Source: Atribacterota bacterium
Lineage (GTDB): Bacteria; Atribacterota; Phoenicimicrobiia; Phoenicimicrobiales; Phoenicimicrobiaceae
Assembly: GCA_038203565.1 (NCBI GenBank)
Contig: JBBRDV010000038.1
Coordinates: 1-12,427, forward strand
Length of the DNA: 12,427 bases
Direction: 5' to 3'
The notes below the pieces were generated by a model that was not told the origin of the DNA, did no database searches, and saw only the letters and a program-made list of their open reading frames with translations. Numbering within the stretch: the stretch's first letter is position 1; every line of letters starts with the position of its first letter. A program made the position numbers and the translations under genes. Below are positions 1 through 6,687 of the stretch, piece after piece.

Positions 1-570
1 AAAATAATCGGTTTTCTTGGTAGCAAAATGAAACCTGATAGGTTTCAAAATGATACCTGTATTGGTAGCAATTTGAAACTTTCTTTGGTATCAAATTGCT
101 ACCCTAACAATAACAATCTTAACAATACCAATACAACAACAACAACAAATAGTAAAAAAGATGCTGTTGCTGCTGTGATTAATTTTAAAAAACTAAAAGA
201 GAAGGCAGAAGAAAAGATGGGAGCAATAAGAGAGCGGATGGTTGAATTAGATTTCAAGGAGGCATTTATTGAGAAGATATTAAAAGAATATTCGGTGAAG
301 AAGATTGAAGAGAACTTAGATCTGCTGTTGGAGAGGAAAAATATCCAGCACCCGGCCGGCTGGCTGATATCTGCCCTGAAGAACGATTATCAAGACCCTG
401 AACAAGAAAAATATGATAAAGAAGCTGTGGGACAGTTATCAGAAAACCAAAAAACTCCCCCCAGAGAAGAAAAAGCCTCATCCCGGGAATTCGCCCTGGA
501 GATGATCAGAAAGACCAGGGAAATGCTGGCTAATCTGAAAAAGAAGGAGGAAAGGTGTAATGGAACTTAA
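1..570 (+). CDS. Phage/ICE-type replication initiator-like protein, C-terminal part (5' end outside window)
   Basis: Frame is open from base 1 (KIIGFLGSKM...). It has an N/T-rich linker (NNNNLNNTNTTTTT), a C-terminal helical domain with IQHPAGWLISALKNDY resembling mobile-element Rep/replisome-organizer proteins, and internal iteron-like repeats. Confidence 0.6.
   Translation, partial: KIIGFLGSKMKPDRFQNDTCIGSNLKLSLVSNCYPNNNNLNNTNTTTTTNSKKDAVAAVINFKKLKEKAEEKMGAIRERMVELDFKEAFIEKILKEYSVKKIEENLDLLLERKNIQHPAGWLISALKNDYQDPEQEKYDKEAVGQLSENQKTPPREEKASSREFALEMIRKTREMLANLKKKEERCNGT
19..103. repeat. Four 17-bp pseudo-palindromic direct repeats (putative iterons/origin)
   Basis: GGTAGCAAAATGAAACC (19-35), GGTTTCAAAATGATACC (41-57), GGTAGCAATTTGAAACT (64-80), GGTATCAAATTGCTACC (87-103). 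Start-to-start spacing is 22/23/23 bp, followed by an A/C-rich tract. Confidence 0.75.
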
Positions 571-874
571 AGAATTAATTGCCAAGGCTAAAGAAAAAGA
601 AGTAGAGGCCATGGAAGAACTGTTTACCCAATTTAAACCCTTATTAAAATCCAGGGCCAAGAGATATTCCCGAATGGGATTAGAGTATGAGGATGTCTTT
701 CAACAGGCGGCTCTAATCTTTATCCTGGCGGCCTATGAGTATAAAGAAAAGCCCCCGACTACCTTTGCCGGTTATATGAAAAAGAGAATCGATTGGGGTT
801 TATGGATCTATTATCGGAAATATCTTAAACAACAGATAGAAATCGCATCTGGTCTAAAACCGAAAGAAATGTAG
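560..874 (+). CDS. Sigma-70 region-2-only protein (N-terminal half of an ECF/SigH-like sigma)
   Basis: LIAKAKEKEVEAMEELFTQFKPLL...EYEDVFQQAALIFILAAYEY...TFAGYMKKRI follows the sigma region 1.2/2 pattern. SD AGGAGG at 545-550; overlaps the end of the upstream gene. Confidence 0.8.
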   Translation: MELKELIAKAKEKEVEAMEELFTQFKPLLKSRAKRYSRMGLEYEDVFQQAALIFILAAYEYKEKPPTTFAGYMKKRIDWGLWIYYRKYLKQQIEIASGLKPKEM

Positions 875-913
875 GATAGAGTCTTTTCGGGGCGGATGAA
901 TCCGCCCCCTACA
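870..913 (-). repeat. GTAG-type REP-like hairpin
   Basis: Minus strand 912-889 reads GTAG-GGGGCGGA-TTCA-TCCGCCCC (8-bp perfect stem). The segment is bracketed by inverted TGTAGG (870-875) and CCTACA (908-913). Confidence 0.6.
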
Positions 914-941
914 AAAACTGAACATGGAAGGGAGAATAGGA

Positions 942-1142
942 GTGGATAAATTAGAAAATATCTTACGGGAAGTAGATTTAGAAAAAGGTTATGAGTGCTT
1001 AACTAAAAGAGAAAAGAATGTTATCAACCTTTATTATCTGGAAGGATATAAAGATGAAGAGATCGCAAAATTATATACCCTTACCCAACAAGCTATCAAT
1101 TATATTAGAAAGAAAGGAATGAATAAATTAAAAATATTTTGA
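942..1142 (+). CDS. Sigma-70 region-4-only HTH protein
   Basis: LTKREKNVINLYYLEGYKDEEIAKLYTLTQQAINYIRKKGMNKLK is a typical sigma region 4. The ORF track starts at ATG 924, but GTG 942 has an SD (AAGGGAG 928-934) and 924 has none. Confidence 0.8.
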   Translation: MDKLENILREVDLEKGYECLTKREKNVINLYYLEGYKDEEIAKLYTLTQQAINYIRKKGMNKLKIF

Positions 1143-1310
1143 AATATTTTTTCTTTTCTTTTGTAAAATCACCTCTTTTTTGCTCTTACTAAGTAGAGGG
1201 TGTAATTAGTCGTTAGTGAATAGCCTGCCTGTGCGTTTTGCAGAGGTGCAGAAAGAATTGGCAGGGGTGAAGGTGGAGTTGGGGAAAACTGAATAGAAAT
1301 AAAAACACAA

Positions 1311-1355
1311 TAAAAAGGGTAAGCTATAGAACAATCCAGTTTTTATTAGCTTGCC
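1311..1355 (-). terminator. Putative intrinsic terminator of the XRE-ImmA-PIN operon
   Basis: Stem GGTAAGCTA (1318-1326) / TAGCTTGCC (1347-1355) with additional inner pairing, followed on the minus strand by CTTTTTA. Lies between convergent genes. Confidence 0.45.
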
Positions 1356-1416
1356 TATCTCATTTTGCGATCTAAATAATCAACACAAAAAAATGAATCA
1401 ATAAGAGATAAATGTA

Positions 1417-1974
1417 CTAAAATAATTTATTACTATTTATTTTAAAGCTTCTTACAATTTCTTTAAAATCATAATTTGGTAATTTTCTCTTTTTTCTTTT
1501 CATATCGTCCCATATTTGGCATCCTTCTTCTAAAGAAATATAGTTTTTTTCATAACTCAAATACAATATATCTTTAGTACAAACATATGGTAGTCTATCT
1601 TTTTCAACATATGGCAAAATATCTCTTAGATTATTACTTGCAAGAGTTCCACTAAGCGCTCTAGTTAGCACAATAGCGGCTGCTTCCCCTTTACCTATTC
1701 TTTTAGGATTTTTCATAGATATTAAATTAAAATATTCGGTAAACTCCTGACTGGGGATGGCGATATCCCTTAACTTAAAATTTCCTTTTAATATTTGAGA
1801 TTTCAGATCATTAAAGACAAACCTATATTGGGAACTTTTTATTTTATCGAGTTCATCATAAACCGACTGCGGAATAATAATTTGATTAGGGAAAAGAGCA
1901 TTTACAATATCTAATCTTTTTATCCATAAGAAAGATGAGATACAATCATTATCGAATACGATCGGCAATTCCAA
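1417..1974 (-). CDS. PIN-domain protein (putative ribonuclease toxin)
   Basis: N-terminal IVFDNDCISSF, IIIPQSVYDEL, GKGEAAAI and LASNN match the PIN fold pattern. TTG start with SD GAGGAGG (1984-1990); overlaps the upstream gene by 26 nt. Confidence 0.85.
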   Translation of the reverse strand: MELPIVFDNDCISSFLWIKRLDIVNALFPNQIIIPQSVYDELDKIKSSQYRFVFNDLKSQILKGNFKLRDIAIPSQEFTEYFNLISMKNPKRIGKGEAAAIVLTRALSGTLASNNLRDILPYVEKDRLPYVCTKDILYLSYEKNYISLEEGCQIWDDMKRKKRKLPNYDFKEIVRSFKINSNKLF

Positions 1975-2743
1975 GCCCTATTTCCTCCTCGTTTTCATTT
2001 CCCTTTTCCCCGAAGAGGATTTTTTCAAACTTTCCATCTATTAATAATTCTTCATATTTTCCATAAGAAATACTCCCTTTTTCTAACAACTCTTCTGCCA
2101 ATTCAGCATAGTCAGAATAAATAATCGTTCCATTTTTTTTCGTGTCTTTATAAAGTGCTGTATTATATCCTAATTTATTTGCTTCATAAATAATCCCATT
2201 TTTCATAAGTCCTATTTCTTTTTCTGAGATAATATTTATTAACTTCAATCTAATGAGCATCAAAGCATGGCTAACCATAAAATAATTTTCTAAATAGATT
2301 AAATCTCTTATATTTAATTTATTTCCTTTTATTCTTTTATCAACGTAATATTTTAATGATTCATCAGGCATTAAAAAATGAGAAGCAAAATAATTTGCTT
2401 CCATTTCATTTTCGTAATCATCATTATACTTATTTATGGGACATATCTTACCATTCATTCCTTTGTCGTACTTAAAATGATAATATTCATGAGCAGCTGT
2501 AAATCTTTGATGACCAAAAGAGCGGGAGGAATTTATTACAATTAAACAAATATCTTCTTTTCTTAAAAAAAATCCTGAAATATTTCCCTTTAATTCTGTA
2601 ACTATTATTGATATCTTTTCTTTTTTTCTTAAAACTTTTAAAATGTCTACATCTATAGGCTCACTTAAATTAATACCTAATTCATTCCTTGTATCTATCG
2701 CTCTATTCCTTGCCCTACTTTCTATAAATTTATAATTGTTCAT
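1949..2743 (-). CDS. ImmA/IrrE family Zn metallopeptidase
   Basis: RFTAAHEYYH (HExxH), E-x-EANYFASHFLMP, ISGF motif. Start is either GTG 2752 (GTGA overlap with the XRE stop) or ATG 2743, which has AAGGAG 8 nt upstream. Confidence 0.92.
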   Translation of the reverse strand: MNNYKFIESRARNRAIDTRNELGINLSEPIDVDILKVLRKKEKISIIVTELKGNISGFFLRKEDICLIVINSSRSFGHQRFTAAHEYYHFKYDKGMNGKICPINKYNDDYENEMEANYFASHFLMPDESLKYYVDKRIKGNKLNIRDLIYLENYFMVSHALMLIRLKLINIISEKEIGLMKNGIIYEANKLGYNTALYKDTKKNGTIIYSDYAELAEELLEKGSISYGKYEELLIDGKFEKILFGEKGNENEEEIGLGIADRIR

Positions 2744-2748
2744 CAAAA

Positions 2749-3093
2749 TCACTCCTTGATCAAATCATTCATTTCGCATAAATTATTTAAAAAAGTTTTC
2801 GTCCATGAAATTGTTTTTAAGTCTTCATTAGATAAATTTTCTCCCCGAAAAGCTATTTGTATTTCTGGCTCTTTTATCTCACTATCAGTGACAAAATAAT
2901 TAATTTTATATCCATAAAGATTTGCAAGTTTTTCAAGTATATTTAAATTAATTTCTCTTGCTGCTGTTTCATAGTAAGATAATTGGGCTTTATTTATACC
3001 TATTAACTTAGTTACCTGTACTTGAGTTAAGCCTGACTTTTTTCGAGCTTCTTGGAGTTTTATTCCTATCGATTTAAGCATAGAATTATCCAT
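2749..3093 (-). CDS. XRE-family HTH transcriptional regulator
   Basis: IGIKLQEARKKSGLTQVQVTKLIGINKAQLSYYETAAREINLNILEKLA is an HTH_3 pattern; C-terminal IAFRG. ATG 3093 is preceded by AAAGGAGGA (the ORF track start at 3114 is less likely). Confidence 0.92.
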   Translation of the reverse strand: MDNSMLKSIGIKLQEARKKSGLTQVQVTKLIGINKAQLSYYETAAREINLNILEKLANLYGYKINYFVTDSEIKEPEIQIAFRGENLSNEDLKTISWTKTFLNNLCEMNDLIKE

Positions 3094-3107
3094 TATTAAT
3101 TCCTCCT

Positions 3108-3167
3108 TTAACATATAAGTTAATTTTATATGTCTTTTCTTATGAATTATAACATATATGTTGTAAT
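3108..3167 (-). promoter_or_regulatory. Extended -10 promoter and two palindromic operators upstream of the XRE gene
   Basis: Minus strand TGtTATAAT at 3154-3146. Palindromes TAACATATATGTTG (3150-3163, inside a 22-bp near-perfect palindrome 3146-3167) and TAACATATAAGTTA (3109-3122), 41 bp apart. Confidence 0.7.
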
Positions 3168-3430
3168 ATTGCTACTATTTTAATAAATTTTATTACATTT
3201 ACACTAATAAATAGAAAAATAATCAAAAATATACCAAAGAGATACATAATGGTTACAACCCAAAAAGTACTCCAAAGTACCTATATTTCAAAAATATTAC
3301 AAATAACATTCAGTGTTTAACTAAAGGGCTGGTGATTATCTGACTCCCCAGACTATGCCATAGATAGAACTTTTACTTCTACATTTTATTTTCCATGTAA
3401 AGCAACGAAAATCAATCAAATAAAACACAT

Positions 3431-3921
3431 CTAATGTGGAGACCCCATTTTTTCATTTTTTCTTATTAACACTTTTAAATTTCTTTGAAGTAAATTATAC
3501 TCATCTAACAGGCCAAGTTTTTTTAACTTTTCAATTGTTTTAGGAGAAAGCTTATCTTTTGAAACCCCTTTAAGTATCATCATAGTTTCTTCTTCTGAAA
3601 ATTCTCTTCCTGGAGCAATATAGGCGGAATAATGACAGAATATACTCTGTCAGATAATTGGAATTTTACACTGACCTTAGGTTGTAATGCGGCAGTAATA
3701 ATTATCGATTTCGCCACGGAAAAATCGGCAGGGGGTTCAAAATTAAAATGTAAATTATAACGTGATATTATTTCATCATAAAAATCCCTGTTTAAGATCC
3801 CTTGTTCGAGAAGGTTTTTTAAGTCCCGCTGTAAATCAGGCAAATGTTGAATAGAAACAATAGAACTCTTAAAATCATTATTTGTTAAGTGTTTATTCAA
3901 TTCTTTAATTACTTTGTCCAT
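3431..3921 (-). pseudogene. 4Fe-4S (QueG-related) protein pseudogene with large internal deletion
   Basis: The N-terminal ORF (SD AGGAGG; ...AKSIIITAALQP...VIIPP) is joined out of frame near 3620 to a C-terminal segment FSEEETMMILKGVSKDKLSPKTIEKLKKLGLLDEYNLLQRNLKVL ending at TAG 3433-3431. No Fe-S cysteine motifs remain. Family assignment is from memory of the termini. Confidence 0.6.
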
Positions 3922-4165
3922 ATTTATAACCTCCTAATATCTAATTTTTTAACCAATTCAAAAAAACATCGCACACATAACGTAAGCCTCTTTCCATAAG
4001 ATCGGTGCACTCCCTAAAACGGAAATCAGTCGAATAATACTCGCCAGGAATATCTGATTAAGGTCCCGAATCATAATACATAACCATACATCTTCGCCTT
4101 ACCTGTATCGAGATAAGCCCTCAGTCTCTTAAAAACAAGATTCAACCCCAATCTCCTTCATCCGA

Positions 4166-4345
4166 TTATTCGTTTGTATTCCTTATCAGTATTTTCCCTA
4201 GATTATTTAACAGAAAATGAAAACCATTAAATGATCTTTTAGATTTAGGTCGATTTTTTCTTATTAAGCGCTCCATTTCTGCCTCTTTAAGGAATTCCCC
4301 ATGTCTTTCTTTAGCCCACTCATACAATAACCAAGAATTATACAT
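4166..4345 (-). CDS. Small hypothetical protein (59 aa), absent from the ORF track
   Basis: MYNSWLLYEWAKERHGEFLKEAEMERLIRKNRPKSKRSFNGFHFLLNNLGKILIRNTNE*. SD GGAGG at 4357-4353 and a consensus promoter upstream. Confidence 0.7.
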   Translation of the reverse strand: MYNSWLLYEWAKERHGEFLKEAEMERLIRKNRPKSKRSFNGFHFLLNNLGKILIRNTNE

Positions 4346-4369
4346 ATCCCAACCTCCATCAAGAAATAT

Positions 4370-4399
4370 TTGACAAAACCTATAACCAGCATTTATAAT
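4370..4399 (+). promoter_or_regulatory. Sigma-70 promoter of the CGNR gene
   Basis: TTGACA (4370-4375) - 18 bp - TATAAT (4394-4399). Confidence 0.75.
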
Positions 4400-4467
4400 T
4401 ATATTGGTTATATTATATATTTAATATTATAACCTGTCAATAGCTATTTACTGGTTATAATATTAAA
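4381..4467. promoter_or_regulatory. Two TATAACC-N18-GGTTATA operators (putative CGNR/ABATE binding sites)
   Basis: Site 1: 4381-4412. Site 2: 4420-4467 with perfect 15-bp arms TTTAATATTATAACC / GGTTATAATATTAAA. Both have an 18-bp spacer. Confidence 0.75.
4412..4440 (-). promoter_or_regulatory. Sigma-70 promoter of the divergent small-ORF operon
   Basis: Minus strand TTGACA (4440-4435) - 17 bp - TATAAT (4417-4412), perfect consensus. Confidence 0.8.
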
Positions 4468-4481
4468 AGAGGTAAAATTTT

Positions 4482-5114
4482 ATGGTAGGGGTTAAAACAA
4501 ATGCCGGTAATCTCTCTTTAGAGAGCGGAGAGCTGTGTCTTGACTTTACTAATACTGTTGATTGGCGAAACGATAATAAAAGACAAAAAGAATGGCTCAA
4601 TGATTTTTCTGATTTAATTTTATGGAGTAGACATGCAGGTATAATAGAAGAAAAAACTGCCCAAGCACTATCGCTAAAAGCCTTGCAGCAGCCAGATAAG
4701 GCAAAACAGGTCTATAAAAAAGCAATGGAATTAAGAGAAATACTTTTTCACCTATTCTCATTCCTTGCCATAGAAAGAAAGCCCGAAGATTACAATCTTT
4801 CCATCTTTAATCACTTCCTTGTAGAGACTATGGGTAAATCACGCCTAGTATCTTGCCAAGATGGCTTCACCTGGTCCTTTTACCAAGATCCAGATGCTAT
4901 GGATTTTATGCTAAATCCGATTATAAAATCAGCAGCCGATTTCTTAGTTTCTCCTAATTTAAAACGTTTAAAAATATGTGCGGAAAAAAGTTGTGGTTGG
5001 TTATTTATTGATATGAGTCGTAATTATAGCAGACGCTGGTGTAATATGAAAGATTGTGGTAACAGAGCTAAAGCCCATCGGTATTATCAGCGCAAGCGTC
5101 AGGAGAAAAAATAA
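4482..5114 (+). CDS. ABATE/CGNR zinc-finger domain transcriptional regulator
   Basis: N-terminal LCLDFTNT; C-terminal CAEKSCGWLFIDMSRNYSRRWCNMKDCGNRAKAHRYYQR; SD AAGAGG. Confidence 0.95.
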   Translation: MVGVKTNAGNLSLESGELCLDFTNTVDWRNDNKRQKEWLNDFSDLILWSRHAGIIEEKTAQALSLKALQQPDKAKQVYKKAMELREILFHLFSFLAIERKPEDYNLSIFNHFLVETMGKSRLVSCQDGFTWSFYQDPDAMDFMLNPIIKSAADFLVSPNLKRLKICAEKSCGWLFIDMSRNYSRRWCNMKDCGNRAKAHRYYQRKRQEKK

Positions 5115-5402
5115 TAGATTATTTAAAAAGACTAGGAATATTAGATTATTAGGCCTCTTATAAAAAGTAAAAAAGTTACCGAATTTTTTAGCTAGTACCA
5201 GCGTCCCTGGTCAGGTATAAAATGTCTCTCTGGCCATATGTTTTATTCTTGCATAAAGAAAGTTATTTGACTATCCCAATATTTCAGATTATTCTATAGT
5301 CACAGAATATAATTATAAAATACTTTTTTAATTATAGACCCTATATCTTCTCTCTAACAAATAATAACCTTAATAACCGTTAGTATCAAAAATATTTTTC
5401 AA

Positions 5403-6566
5403 TTAAATCTTTTTTTCCAAAACAACAAACAAAAAGGCGGAAATCACCGCCATGATACTTCCAAAGATAAATGGCGCGCTAACCCCGATATAAGTCCAAA
5501 GCAATCCGGCAAAAAGAGAAGCAAAAAAAGTGGTGATTCCGATTATGGTATGATAAACACCAAAGGCCGTGCCGGTCTTTTCTGGGGGAACTAAATTAGA
5601 AATGTAGGCCTTTCCCACCCCTTCGGTGAGAGCCATATACAATCCATAAACCGGGAAAAGGAGCCAAAGGAAAAGACTAGAATGGATTAGGGCGAAAAAA
5701 AGATACACCGCGGAAAAAAGTAAAAAACCAGTCAAGAGCACTTTCTTGGGTCCGATTTTATCAGAAATAATTCCGGCAGGTATTGAAAAGATGGCATAGG
5801 TGAAATTGAAAAGAACATAGGCCAGTACAACTAAACTCAATGACAAACCCAAATTTTGCGCTCGCAAAATTAAAAAGGTGTCAGAACTATTACCCAGGGC
5901 AAAAATAAAACTAATTAATAAAAATATCTTAAAAGAGGGATCAAGGTTATGCCAACTAAAATGAAAGGTAGAGGAAGAATTTACTTCTTTCTTCTTTTCT
6001 TTTACAAAAAAGAGCAACAAGAGAATTCCGATAAAAGCAGGGATAAAGGCAAGAAAGAAGATTAAGCGATAATTATTATCTAAAAAATGAATCGCCAAAA
6101 GAGCAATCATTGGCCCGACTACTGCTCCCAGGGTATCAAGTGCCCGATGAAAGCCGAAGGCTCTTCCTCGAACCGAGTTTTCCGAGCTTTCGGCAATCAA
6201 AGCATCTCTGGCTGAAGTTCGCATTCCTTTCCCAAACCGGTCAATAAATCGAGCCATCAAAACAAACGGCCAACTAAAAGCCAGACTTAAAATTGTTTTA
6301 GAAATAGCTGAAAATGAGTAACCGGCAACAACAAAAGGTTTTCTCCTTTGAAATTTATCAGAGAGCCAGCCAGAGACAACTTTTAAGATACTGGCGGTTG
6401 ATTCCGCAATGCCTTCTATTAAACCGACAATAGCGACCGGCGCACCCAAGACGCTGGTTAAAAAAATAGGTACGATTGGATAAATCATTTCCGAAGCAAC
6501 ATCATTAAAAAAACTGACCAGTCCCAGAACAAAAACATTTTTAGAAATACCAAATTTATTTTTCAT
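5403..6566 (-). CDS. MFS transporter
   Basis: About 12 hydrophobic segments, MFS motif A GWLSDKFQRRK and its repeat GIISDKIGPKK, DRFGKGMRT motif. Confidence 0.95.
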   Translation of the reverse strand: MKNKFGISKNVFVLGLVSFFNDVASEMIYPIVPIFLTSVLGAPVAIVGLIEGIAESTASILKVVSGWLSDKFQRRKPFVVAGYSFSAISKTILSLAFSWPFVLMARFIDRFGKGMRTSARDALIAESSENSVRGRAFGFHRALDTLGAVVGPMIALLAIHFLDNNYRLIFFLAFIPAFIGILLLLFFVKEKKKEVNSSSTFHFSWHNLDPSFKIFLLISFIFALGNSSDTFLILRAQNLGLSLSLVVLAYVLFNFTYAIFSIPAGIISDKIGPKKVLLTGFLLFSAVYLFFALIHSSLFLWLLFPVYGLYMALTEGVGKAYISNLVPPEKTGTAFGVYHTIIGITTFFASLFAGLLWTYIGVSAPFIFGSIMAVISAFLFVVLEKKI

Positions 6567-6603
6567 AAAGTTTATTTCCTTTTGGTTTTACCGATGAAAT
6601 TAC

Positions 6604-6663
6604 TGGGGTCAAATCTTTATTCTTAACAGTTAATTAAACTATTTGTCAAGAATAAAGACCCCA
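6604..6663. repeat. 60-bp inverted-repeat element (MITE/REP-like)
   Basis: Left arm TGGGGTC[AAATC]TTTATTCTTAACA; reverse complement of right arm TGGGGTCTTTATTCTTGACA; AT-rich centre. Confidence 0.6.
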
Positions 6664-6687
6664 TGCCTTTTAGAATAAAGGATAGCA

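Noticed and set aside
19..103. CRISPR-like interpretation of the 17-bp repeats
   Set aside because: Intervening sequences are only 5-6 bp and the repeats lie inside an open reading frame.
266..660. Minus-strand ORFs 266-481 and 478-660
   Set aside because: Antisense shadows of the Rep-like and sigma genes, with no recognisable motifs.
3940..4160. Possible gene remnant between the 59-aa ORF and the Fe-S pseudogene (SD AAGGAG, short broken frames)
   Set aside because: Stops in the candidate frames and no family recognisable; probably decayed coding DNA but not supportable.
5210..5305. Minus-strand DYRII...RIKH fragments reminiscent of a RelE toxin
   Set aside because: Requires a frameshift and two stop read-throughs over a very short match; compatible with chance.
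5352..5385. CTAAC...GTTAG pair after the MFS gene as an attC
   Set aside because: Only about 33 bp, and the interior is a short tandem duplication (TAATAACC x2) rather than a stem.
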